Of a DNA stretch of 64,000 bases, positions 38,604 to 49,100 are shown piece after piece. The notes beneath the pieces are model-generated. The model saw only the letters and a program-made list of their open reading frames with translations, was not told where the DNA came from and searched no databases. The number at the start of each line of letters is the position of its first letter. Position 1 is the stretch's first letter. The stretch is from positions 7,468 through 71,467 of the forward strand of contig CAYLPZ010000006.1 of NCBI GenBank assembly GCA_964385755.1. The letters are read 5' to 3'. The translations under genes and the position numbers were made by a program. The stretch comes from an uncultured Coprobacillus sp. GTDB taxonomy: Bacteria > Bacillota_I > Bacilli_A > ML615J-28 > CAG-698.

Positions 38604-39770
38604 CTACACCTCTTTATCATCATATAAATAACATGAAACATAATGTGTATCAGTTATCTTAACTTCTTTTGGATATTTTCCTTTGCATTTACCTATACAC
38701 TTAGTACACCTATTCCTAAAATAACATGTATCAAGTAAATTAATTGGGTTTGGCACTTGTCCAGGAATTGAATATAGTGGCTCATTAGTTTTTGAAGTAA
38801 TAAGTGGTTTGCTTTTCTGTAATCCTATTGTATAAGGATGCAGTGGATTATGGAAAATCTCACTTGCGGTACCTCTTTCAATAACTTTTCCTGCATACAT
38901 TACCACAACTTCATCAGCCATTTCCGCAATTACTCCTAAGTCATGGGTAATAAACATAATTGAGCATCCAGTATTCTTTTGAATTTCTTTTAGTAATTCT
39001 AAAATCTGTGCTTGAATAGTTACATCTAAGGCCGTTGTCGGTTCATCCGCAATTATTAATTTTGGACTCCCTGAAAGTGCCATCGCAATCATGACACGCT
39101 GACGCATACCACCAGAAAGTTCATGTGGATACATATCATATACACGCTCACTGTTGGCAATACCAACCTTTACAAGCATTTCAATACTATGTTTTTTAGC
39201 TTCTTCTTTAGTCATATTCATATGATGTAATGGTACTTCATCAAGTTGATATCCAATCGTAAAAACAGGGTTTAAACTTGTCATTGGTTCTTGGAAGATC
39301 ATTGTAATATCTTTACCTCTAATTTTATACATATCTTTCTTCGGCATTTTTGCAATGTTATATCCAAGCTTTTTACCATTTTCATCATAACCTAAATCAC
39401 TTGTATTAAATCTAATTTCTCCATCAATTATTTGTCCTTGTGGTGCTTGTACAAGTTGCATAATTGATAAACTTGTGACACTTTTCCCACAACCACTTTC
39501 ACCAACTACACCAATAATCTTATTTTTAGGAATATTAAAAGATACTCCATTAACTGACATTACTGTTCCATTATCGGTAAAGAAAACAGTTTTTAAATTA
39601 TCTAATTCAATAATATTATTGTCATCTTTCATTATAGATGTATATTCATCGACACTTACTTTTCGATTTTTAAAACTTTCATAGTATTTCATCTGTTTGA
39701 TGTTATACTTTAATATTTTTCTACTTTCTTTAGAGGAAATATAATTACTATTTTGATTCTTTTTTTTCAT
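38604..39770 (-). CDS. oppD: Oligopeptide ABC transporter ATP-binding protein; start at 39770
   Basis: GESGCGKSVT, MIFQEPMTSLNP, YPHELSGGMRQR, IADEPTTALDV, HPYTIGL; GAGGTGG RBS before MKKKNQ. Confidence 0.92.
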   Translation of the reverse strand: MKKKNQNSNYISSKESRKILKYNIKQMKYYESFKNRKVSVDEYTSIMKDDNNIIELDNLKTVFFTDNGTVMSVNGVSFNIPKNKIIGVVGESGCGKSVTSLSIMQLVQAPQGQIIDGEIRFNTSDLGYDENGKKLGYNIAKMPKKDMYKIRGKDITMIFQEPMTSLNPVFTIGYQLDEVPLHHMNMTKEEAKKHSIEMLVKVGIANSERVYDMYPHELSGGMRQRVMIAMALSGSPKLIIADEPTTALDVTIQAQILELLKEIQKNTGCSIMFITHDLGVIAEMADEVVVMYAGKVIERGTASEIFHNPLHPYTIGLQKSKPLITSKTNEPLYSIPGQVPNPINLLDTCYFRNRCTKCIGKCKGKYPKEVKITDTHYVSCYLYDDKEV

Positions 39771-39783
39771 ATATATCCACCTC

Positions 39784-40848
39784 TTACTTCTTTGCTTTAG
39801 GGTCCATTGCATCACGAAGACCGTCACCAACAAAGTTAAATCCTAGTACCGCAAGTACAATTAGAATACCAGCAGGAAGCCATAAGTTAACATAATTATT
39901 TAATATTTCTGGTGTTTTAGATGCAGAGATCATTGTTCCCCACGCCGCATAAGGAATTTGTACACCTAATCCTAAATAACTAAGTGTAGATTCATATAAG
40001 ATTACACTACCTAAACCTAATGTCATATTAACTATTAATTGTGGTAAAACATTAGGAATCAAGTGAATAAAAATCTTACGCCATGTTGGAAGACCCATTA
40101 CTTCTGTTGCGGTCATAAATTCTTGCTCACGTAAAGATAAAATTTGTCCACGTACTAGTCTTGCACAACCACTCCAGCCAAATACTGTAATAATAATCAT
40201 TAAGAAATAAATCCTATTGGCAGGATCAATAACTTCTGATAATGAATCCAATACTGCAGAAGCAATTAATAGTATAGGAAGCATTGGTATACAATTGAAT
40301 ACATCAACTATTCTCATAATTATTTGATCAGTTTTTCCGCCAAAATAACCAGCTAATCCACCAAGAATTATCCCAATAATTGTTTCTAAAATTACTACAA
40401 TAAAACCAATTGTCAAAGAAATTCTTCCACCATACATTAATCTAACAAAGACATCCATTCCTTTTTCATCAGTTCCAAGTAAATGGTCTTTACTTGGTGG
40501 AGCTTTTAGATTATCTGATAGAATATAAGTTTCCTGAATAATTGTAATTTCCTCACCATATTCATCAGTATATGTATATTCTTCTTCATATACACTGATA
40601 ATAGGTGTTCTATCTACTTCTACTTCTCCCCATTTATTATAAATAACTGGTCCTAAAAATGAGAATAAAAATAGGAATACTATAATAATTAAGCCAACTA
40701 AAGATAATCTAGATCTAAAGAATCTTCTAAAAATTAATTTAATTGGGCTAATCTCTTTATAAGTTTCAACTTCTTCAGTTTCATTGGTAGCATCAGTTTC
40801 TATTATTTGATTTTCTAGATTTTCATTATTTATATCTTTTTCTTCCAT
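39784..40848 (-). CDS. oppC: Oligopeptide ABC transporter permease
   Basis: HLLGTDEKGMDVFVRLMYGGRISL, ARLVRGQILSLREQEF, FNFVGDGLRDAMDP. Confidence 0.92.
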   Translation of the reverse strand: MEEKDINNENLENQIIETDATNETEEVETYKEISPIKLIFRRFFRSRLSLVGLIIIVFLFLFSFLGPVIYNKWGEVEVDRTPIISVYEEEYTYTDEYGEEITIIQETYILSDNLKAPPSKDHLLGTDEKGMDVFVRLMYGGRISLTIGFIVVILETIIGIILGGLAGYFGGKTDQIIMRIVDVFNCIPMLPILLIASAVLDSLSEVIDPANRIYFLMIIITVFGWSGCARLVRGQILSLREQEFMTATEVMGLPTWRKIFIHLIPNVLPQLIVNMTLGLGSVILYESTLSYLGLGVQIPYAAWGTMISASKTPEILNNYVNLWLPAGILIVLAVLGFNFVGDGLRDAMDPKAKK

Positions 40849-40859
40849 AATTCCACCTA

Positions 40860-41867
40860 CTATCTACCAAGTTTTACTCTAGGGTCTACTAGTGAGTACA
40901 TAATGTCTGAAAGTAACGTACCAATAACAGTTAAAACTGCTAAAAACATATTATATCCCATTACAAATGGAATATCGCCACTACTTAATGCATTATATGC
41001 AAGACGTCCAATACCATCAATTGCAAATACTTCTTCAGTAATCATCATTCCACCAAAAAGTGAAGGCAAAATTCCCGCAAGTAATGTAACTAGTGGTATC
41101 ATTGTATTTCTAAAAGCATGTTTATAAATAACTGTGTTTTCTGGTAATCCTTTCGCACGAGCAGTTCTAATATAATCAGCATTTAATACTTCTAATGTAT
41201 TTGTTCTAGTGTAACGCATTAATCCACCAATTGATAAAATAACAGTACAAAAGATTGGAAGTATTAAGTGGTGAATCATATCTAATAATTTAGCCATAAA
41301 ACCGCCAAAGTTATTAGGATAAATTGCGGAAGCAGATATTAGACCAGTCGAAGGAAACCACCCAAGTTCAACCGAGAAGATTTTAATAATAATCGCCGCA
41401 AAGAAATAAGTAGGAAGGGAGATACCAATCATTGTAAAAATAGTAACAATGTAATCTCTTTTTGAATATTGATGCGTTGCACTAGTAATACCAAGTGGGA
41501 TTGCAATAGCAAATTGCAAAACTGTTGCAATTGCAGCTATTGCAAAAGAAACCCACATATTTTCAGATATTACCTGATTAACTGGCTTTTCATACTTAAA
41601 TGAATTTCCCATATCACCTTTCAACATATTTCCAAGCCATTGAAAATATCCTGAGATAATTCCTTTGAATGAATTATCACCTATTCCGTATTGCATTTTA
41701 AATTCTTGGAGTTGTTCTAGTGTTACTGAACCTTGTGCAATTTGTGATGCAAATTTGATATCTAAATAATCATTCGGCATCATTCTTACTAAAGTATATA
41801 TAATAATAGAAACACCAAAAAGAACAAACACGGAAATAAGTAGTCTTTTTACAATATATTTAAACAT
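40860..41867 (-). CDS. oppB: Oligopeptide ABC transporter permease
   Basis: MFKYIVKRLL, GDMGNSF, DYIRTARAKGL, HAFRNTMIP, LSDIMYSLVDPRV. Confidence 0.92.
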   Translation of the reverse strand: MFKYIVKRLLISVFVLFGVSIIIYTLVRMMPNDYLDIKFASQIAQGSVTLEQLQEFKMQYGIGDNSFKGIISGYFQWLGNMLKGDMGNSFKYEKPVNQVISENMWVSFAIAAIATVLQFAIAIPLGITSATHQYSKRDYIVTIFTMIGISLPTYFFAAIIIKIFSVELGWFPSTGLISASAIYPNNFGGFMAKLLDMIHHLILPIFCTVILSIGGLMRYTRTNTLEVLNADYIRTARAKGLPENTVIYKHAFRNTMIPLVTLLAGILPSLFGGMMITEEVFAIDGIGRLAYNALSSGDIPFVMGYNMFLAVLTVIGTLLSDIMYSLVDPRVKLGR

Positions 41868-41882
41868 ATTATTCTCGCTTTA

Positions 41883-44453
41883 CTATTTTGTTGTATTTAA
41901 TCTAACTGTATGAATATCATTTAATAAACCAGAGTATGGAGATAAATCACTATTCAATGATGATTCATCAATTTTATTTACACTATAAGCAAATAAATCA
42001 TCTCTCTGATATGTTGGAAGTTCGATTGCAAGTTGCATTACAATATCTAATGCTTTTGAATAAATTCTTGCACGTTGTTTTTCATCTGTTGTTTCACGGC
42101 CTTGTTCAATTAGTTCTGATAATTCTTCAAGTAATGCAAGTTCTTCATTATATTTTCCACCAACATTAGCAATTATATCTTTATAACCCCAGTTGAGTGT
42201 TGAACTAGCTTTTGAGTCCATATGATATACTTGGTACATATCAGGATCAATTGTTGAACTCCAAGCAGCAGCCCAAACTGCTAAACTACCATTAGCAAGC
42301 TTTGATAATGCTTGTGCATCAGGTAAAACAGTAATCTCAAAATTAATTTCATTTAAGAACTGTGCAGCTTCATAAAATGAGTTGAAAGCTGGGTGATCAG
42401 TTTCAGAGCCTGCAATTGTAAATGTATATTTAAGTTTATTCTTTCCATTTGTATACACACCATCTCCACCGATTGTATATCCAGCATCTTCAACCAAACT
42501 AATAATAAACTCTTGTTGTTGTTCTTTAGTAAGTTTATCACCAGCTTTTAATCCTAATGAAGTTACATAATCAGCATAATCAGGATTTACTACATCTAAG
42601 TTCTCTGGTACTGGTCCACCAATATAAGGATAATATGCTGTTGCACCAGTTGGATATGCCCAGCTAGTAAGAGACATTGAACGATAAATTGCTTTTGCGG
42701 TATTACCATAATAACTTACTGTCTTAGAAGTATCAATTGAATGCATAATAGCTTGACGAACTTTTAAATCGGGTACTTTACCAGCATTAATTCCAATATA
42801 TCCATAACCAGCTGTTTCAATTGACTTGTTATGAATTCCTTCATTTTCTTTTTCTCTTAATTCTTTAATAATATCAGGATTAGAGTTAGGTTGTACATAA
42901 TCAACTTCACCATTATATAGTGCATATAGTAAACTACTAGATGGTACTACTTGATAGTGAAGATATTTAATTTTCGGTGCTCCTAAAATATAATTTTCAT
43001 TTCTAACAAAGTAAATTACATTTTTATTTTTAAAATCACCGGCAGTAACATTTTCAGTTGAATGTTCTGAGTTTGCAGCAACGTAAGGTCCTGCACCAAC
43101 TGGAACACCAATCTTTTCTGGATTCTTAATTACTTTATCCATAAAGTCTTGTGAAGAATATTCTACACCAAAGTTTTCTTCATAATCAAAAGCCTTAATA
43201 TGATCACTATCTGAATAGTAGTACATTGGTGCCACCGCAAAACTAAAGTTCCAAATTGCTTTAGGGTCAACGCCATTAATTGTAATTGATAAAACTTCAT
43301 TACCTTCTTTAACTGAACCATCTTCGTTATATGTTGGAACATTATATGTTACACCATTAACTTTAATTGATTCATGACGATTAATAAACTTAATACCAGA
43401 AATATTTTTGAATTGTCTTTCATTTTCTTCATGGTATTTTTCTAAAGCAGAATTAACTAAATATTCATTTAGTTTAACAGCAGTATTCCAGTATAATGAG
43501 ACTTCTTCTAACGCCATTGGAAGATTATCTTCATAAATTGTTTGAATAGCTTGTTCTTTCTTCCAATTCTTAAGTTCTAAGGGATTATTAGTAAGTGAAG
43601 ATTCAAGTTTTGCTTCACGTTTATTCCAATATAGATATCCTTCATTGTATAAGAACATTTCCACATCAGTTGTTAAAAGGTTAGGATAAGCTGTATCATT
43701 TTCATCTCTAAACTTAACATCTTTGTATTGTCCACCACTAGCATTTTTATAATCAGTTTCAAGTTCTTCTTTAAATAATTCACATACTTTATCAAAATCA
43801 GAAACAATATATTCAAAACCATCATCTTTTGAATAATCTTCTAAATATTCTCTAAACTCAGAAACTGTTAATTCTTCATTTTTGTAATCATCAAAAATAT
43901 ACTCTGCAGCACTTAATAAATATTCTACTCTAGCATCTGCTTCAATATAAAATTGTTCCATAAATCTTTCTTGGGATTTTTCATCTGCTTGTTGTGTCCT
44001 ATATTCCTTTAAACCTACTATATCAGTTGAATAAATTGTACTTGAACCTGTGTATACAGGATCTAAATAAACATATAGATTAAATAAAACATCTTTTATT
44101 GTTAAATAAGATCCATTAGAGAACTTAACATTATTCTTAAGTACTAAATAATAAGTCGTTGTGTCTTCATATTCATCATAAATTTCTTCCTTATCAAGAA
44201 CTACAACACCTTCATCTTCACCATAAACAACCTTACCCGAACTATCATTGCCAAGCATTCCAATTTGTGTCATACTTACAATTTGACTATCAGGAGCAGA
44301 TGAAGAATAAAATGGATTAAATACACCATCTAACTCTTGTGAAGATAGTAAAAGTGGAGTATCTGCCTTTTCATTGTTTCCACATCCTACTGTAGTAAAT
44401 AAACAACTAATAAAAAGAAAACTTAAAGCCACAATTAAAAACCTTTTTTTCAT
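41883..44453 (-). CDS. oppA: Oligopeptide ABC transporter substrate-binding lipoprotein (family 5) with a large insertion
   Basis: Lipobox TVGC, LDGVFNPFY, VKFSNGSYLTIKDVLF, PVGAGPY, GYGYIGIN, KVRQAIMHSID, DPDMYQVYH. Confidence 0.88.
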   Translation of the reverse strand: MKKRFLIVALSFLFISCLFTTVGCGNNEKADTPLLLSSQELDGVFNPFYSSSAPDSQIVSMTQIGMLGNDSSGKVVYGEDEGVVVLDKEEIYDEYEDTTTYYLVLKNNVKFSNGSYLTIKDVLFNLYVYLDPVYTGSSTIYSTDIVGLKEYRTQQADEKSQERFMEQFYIEADARVEYLLSAAEYIFDDYKNEELTVSEFREYLEDYSKDDGFEYIVSDFDKVCELFKEELETDYKNASGGQYKDVKFRDENDTAYPNLLTTDVEMFLYNEGYLYWNKREAKLESSLTNNPLELKNWKKEQAIQTIYEDNLPMALEEVSLYWNTAVKLNEYLVNSALEKYHEENERQFKNISGIKFINRHESIKVNGVTYNVPTYNEDGSVKEGNEVLSITINGVDPKAIWNFSFAVAPMYYYSDSDHIKAFDYEENFGVEYSSQDFMDKVIKNPEKIGVPVGAGPYVAANSEHSTENVTAGDFKNKNVIYFVRNENYILGAPKIKYLHYQVVPSSSLLYALYNGEVDYVQPNSNPDIIKELREKENEGIHNKSIETAGYGYIGINAGKVPDLKVRQAIMHSIDTSKTVSYYGNTAKAIYRSMSLTSWAYPTGATAYYPYIGGPVPENLDVVNPDYADYVTSLGLKAGDKLTKEQQQEFIISLVEDAGYTIGGDGVYTNGKNKLKYTFTIAGSETDHPAFNSFYEAAQFLNEINFEITVLPDAQALSKLANGSLAVWAAAWSSTIDPDMYQVYHMDSKASSTLNWGYKDIIANVGGKYNEELALLEELSELIEQGRETTDEKQRARIYSKALDIVMQLAIELPTYQRDDLFAYSVNKIDESSLNSDLSPYSGLLNDIHTVRLNTTK

Positions 44454-44464
44454 AATTCCTCCAT

Positions 44465-46162
44465 TTAGTTATTATTTGTAATATTCCAACTTGTGGCATC
44501 ATCAAAAGTTACATTTTCTGTAGCAGAGTACCAAAGTTTATCTGTAATTATTTCCTTTTCACATTCAGGAATTTTTGTTATTGTAATAAATCCTGTCATT
44601 TTACAATTAATTAACTTTGTGTTTGATGCTTTAATTGCTAGAGGAGCAATTAAAATATTTTTAATTCTACTATTTGATGTATTAATATCTACTGAAATAT
44701 TACTAAATATAATATCTTGAATTATTACATCTTTTAATTCAAAGAATAAAGATACATATAAATGATCAGATGAAGATGAAATATCATCAAGTGGACCTTG
44801 AAGACCACTTCGTGAATCATCATAATCAATTACAATATTTGAAACCTTATAACCATTTCCTTTAATTATTCCTGAATAACTATCAAAGCAAATTTCATCA
44901 CCATCAAAGTCAATGTCATTTAATAGATAAATATTTTGTTTTCTTGTTAAGGCATTTCTAAATCCTCGAGCATTAGAAACTAATGTGTATTCTCCTTCGA
45001 TTAAATTTAAGAAAATCTTAACTGCTAAATCACTATCACCACCAGGATGAGTAAATGTTTCATCCCATGGGTTTCCTTGTTCATCTAAATAACCAAGCGA
45101 AGTAAATCCTTCTACAGTTTTGTTGTCCATAAATAAATCGTAGAATTTTTCTCCCTCTTCTACTTCATAACTATCTAAAAATACCTCTTCGCCACTAGCA
45201 TTTAAGTAATATAACTCATATGTATATAATCGATTTATCTCCCATTTAGCATATAAAGTTACGCCATCAATAGTCATCTTATCATTTTCAAAGTCCCATT
45301 TATCAGCATATTCAACACTGCCATCATCATTTGTAATTTTATTGCGATACCATCCTTCAATATGAAAACCACTTTTGATTATTTGTTCATTAGGATTTGT
45401 TTCTAAGACATTTGGATCAACAATTTTAACATCTATTTTAGTTCCATCAAACTTATATAAATATGATACATAGTCTTTAGAGTTTTTACATGTTCCTTCT
45501 TCTAAATAGAATATAGCTCTACCAAAACCTTCCATTGCATAATAATAATTTGTTTCTATTTCCACATCAAAACCATTTTGTGATGTATAACTGGCTTTAA
45601 ATGTAGATAAATTGTTTTTTGTAATTACTATTTCAATTTCAAGATTTGTTATATTACCAATACTTTTATTTAAAAATAATGAACTTGCTTTATTATCTAA
45701 AACCTTTGCTTTTAAAGTATAATTGTCATCAATTACTTCTAAAGTATATCCTTCTTGTAAGAATTCAACAGAAATAACAAATGTTAAATAATATGTAGGC
45801 ATCTCATATGGGTTTTCATATGTAACACCGCCTACTTCTACATATTTAATATCATCAACAGTTACATATGATGATTTGGTTTCATCATAAACTGAAGAAC
45901 CAGAAGTTGATAGTTTTCGTTCAGTAATATTTACTTCTGATTTAATTTTTTCCCCACGTGAAATAACAAAATCAGTGTTTTTATTATAAACTTCAAAACC
46001 ATCATCAAACATCTTTGTAAGTTCGTTATAACCTGCTATTCTTTCTTCGGAGTCATAAACATTACTTACAAGTTTCTCAAAATCTGTTCTATTATCTTTT
46101 TTACAAGATGCAAAGCATAAAGTAAATAAAATAATAGTAAAAATCATATATATTTTCTTCAT
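44465..46162 (-). CDS. Lipoprotein with InlB B-repeat (Listeria-Bacteroides) domains and a short beta-helix
   Basis: Lipobox FASC; GFHIEGWY..WDFENDKM..TLYAKWE; LLNDIDFDG..IKGNGYKVSNI. Confidence 0.7.
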   Translation of the reverse strand: MKKIYMIFTIILFTLCFASCKKDNRTDFEKLVSNVYDSEERIAGYNELTKMFDDGFEVYNKNTDFVISRGEKIKSEVNITERKLSTSGSSVYDETKSSYVTVDDIKYVEVGGVTYENPYEMPTYYLTFVISVEFLQEGYTLEVIDDNYTLKAKVLDNKASSLFLNKSIGNITNLEIEIVITKNNLSTFKASYTSQNGFDVEIETNYYYAMEGFGRAIFYLEEGTCKNSKDYVSYLYKFDGTKIDVKIVDPNVLETNPNEQIIKSGFHIEGWYRNKITNDDGSVEYADKWDFENDKMTIDGVTLYAKWEINRLYTYELYYLNASGEEVFLDSYEVEEGEKFYDLFMDNKTVEGFTSLGYLDEQGNPWDETFTHPGGDSDLAVKIFLNLIEGEYTLVSNARGFRNALTRKQNIYLLNDIDFDGDEICFDSYSGIIKGNGYKVSNIVIDYDDSRSGLQGPLDDISSSSDHLYVSLFFELKDVIIQDIIFSNISVDINTSNSRIKNILIAPLAIKASNTKLINCKMTGFITITKIPECEKEIITDKLWYSATENVTFDDATSWNITNNN

Positions 46163-46172
46163 GCTTCACCTC

Positions 46173-49100
46173 CTATAACCAAAAACGCTTTTTAATAAAT
46201 ACAAATAGCACAACTAAACTTGCTAAAGCAGTAACTGCTGTAGCAGCTAAACCTACTTTGTTAACATTAGTTGTTGGTAATGTATTAATTTCATTTACAA
46301 CATCAATATCTTCATTTAAATTACTAAAGTATTCATCAAAACCTTTTTTGAAGCTATCAACTGTTTTCGTATCAAGATATTTCTTGTCATCTCTATCAAC
46401 AATCTTTAATGCTTCAACTATTTCATAATAAGTTGAAAGTTTATTAAAGTCATATGTAGGACCAAGATTATTAATGTTTTCAATAATATGACTATAATTC
46501 TTATTAATTCTAATCATATTAATTTCATTCCATTTAGCTTCTGCGTTTTCAAGTCTTTCTAATAAACTATCAAGATATTCTTTTGTATATCCATATTGTG
46601 TTAAATCTTGAGTAACTAAATTATAAGCTGTTCTCGCATCTTTGATAATTTGTTCATCTCCAATCTTAACATCGTCAGGAATTAAACTTACTTTATCTAA
46701 ATAGTTTATTGATTTACTATCTAATGCCACATAATCACTTTTTATTACATTATCAACATTAAAATATAATCTGTAAAGCATATCTTTATATGTTTCATCT
46801 ATAGCATTTGTTGGAATAATTAGATTCATCTTTTCAGCTAAACCAATCATATCTTTAAATTGACCATAATAAAGTGGTGTTGCACCATTAAATAAGAAAT
46901 ATTTATTTAATTCTTTATAGATTTCTGAACTTGTGTCATATGATATATCATTAGTAGTGATTGTTCCTTCTAAAATTGGAGCAGTAGTTGACTTAAACTC
47001 AATAGTTTTTAGATTAACACTACCATAAAATGCCATATTACCAATTAACTTTAAAGTATCTGGGAAAATTAGTTTAATAATTCTACGATTAAAATATCCA
47101 GCATATTCACTAATTCTAACGGTATTAAATAGTACTTCATAAGTCTCTGATGGTTTTGCGGTTGGATATGCACTTAGTGAATATTTCCCGTTTTCATTTG
47201 TTGTATAAAGAACACCATCATCTAATCTTACATAATCATTTATTACACATGTATCATTTCTAGATAAATCTGTAAATCTAACTTGATTTACATTGTAGTA
47301 GAATGCTGTAGGAGCAATATACTTAACTGTACTTGGTAAGTTTATCTCACTTACCGCAATGCAGCTTAATGCCTGAGCATCAATTACTTCTACTTTTGGC
47401 ATGTATACAGCTTCAAGATTAGCACAAGATAAGAAACTACCAGGTGCAAGTTTAATGACATTTGGAAGATTAACAGTAATTAATGATTCGCATTTATTAA
47501 ATGCTTGCATCGATATTTCAATTACACTATCAAGTGATATTTCTTTTAGTGCTACACAGTTCATAAATGCTGCTTCTTTGATATATCTAACATCATTTAT
47601 TATTACACTTTGTAATTTTTCATCATCAAGAAATGTTCCTTCATTTATGCATTCTAAAATACTAGTTGTTTCAAATGTTTCTAGAGACAAACAACCAGAG
47701 AACGCATAACTTCCAATAGTATTTAAGCCCTTTCCGATTGTTACATTAGATAGCATATCTGCATAAGAGAATGCATAATCACCAATAATCTTTAGTGTAT
47801 CAGGAAGAGCAATAGCAGTTATTATATTTCCTCTTGCTTGATTTACCCCCGCAAACGCATAAGACCCAATTTCTTCAATGTTAGGAATATTAATACTTTC
47901 TAAATTTACACAGTCTGAAAAAGCATAATTACCTATTACTTTTACTTCTTCTAAATAAATATTTATTAAATTAATACATCCAAAGAAAGCTCCTTCTAAG
48001 ATTTCTTTGGTTTTTCTTAATGATACTGAACTTAAAGATTCATCATTATAAAAAGCATGAGCACCCACAGTATTTACTTCTAAATCTACACTACTTAAAT
48101 TTTTACAATTTGCAAAAGCTTCGTTTCCAAGGCTCTCAATTTTTCCTGTTACCTTTGTTAGGTTTTGACAGTCCATAAATGCAGCTTGTGAAATGATTAC
48201 ATCATCATTAAATTTAATAGATTCTAGTTTTGTTTTCGCAAAGCAATATGGAGCAAAATATAAAACCTTGTCAATATTTACACAATTTACTAATCCACTT
48301 TCTTCGAAAGCAGATTCGTTTAAAGTTACATTTTCAGCCAATATTACGTTTTCTAAATTATTGCAATTAGCAAAGGCATTACTACCAATTACTTTTACAT
48401 TAGCTAAATCAATAGAATATAGATTATCAAGTCCACTAAAAGCACCTTCATAAATCTCTTCTACTTTACTATCTAAAGTTACAAATTTATTATCTAATGC
48501 TTTTGGAGCTACTAAATATATAACTTTATTGTCTTTTGAGAGTAGATAACCACCATTAAAATTATAATATTGGTTTTCTAAAGAAACATCAAAAGTACTT
48601 AAGTTATTTGAGCCACTGAATACTTCACCATAGTTCTTAGTTATTCTTGTGTTATTATTTATTGTTACAATTTCTAAATGAGGGCAATTTGCGAAAGCAC
48701 GTTTCTCTAAAACCACATCACTATTCGGCATTGTAACTTTTTGTAAATTACTACAATTTTCAAATGCAGATTCATAAATAAATTCACAAGAAACATCTTC
48801 AAATATTACTTCTTCTAAAGCATCGCAATCATTAAATGCTTTAGAGCCAACGTATACTAAATTATTGTGAATAGTTACTTTTGTAAGTAAATCACAATTT
48901 TCGAAACAATTACTTGGGATTCTATCATTATAAATATCAAGTATAGATATACTTGTATTTGCAAACATTAAGTCAGCTAAATTTGTATATTTACCGATTA
49001 TTACCTCTTTTAAATTAATACAGTTATTGAAAGATTCAATACCACCATTAATTAATGAAGTAATGTCAACAAATGTTAAACTTTCACAATCTTTAAATGC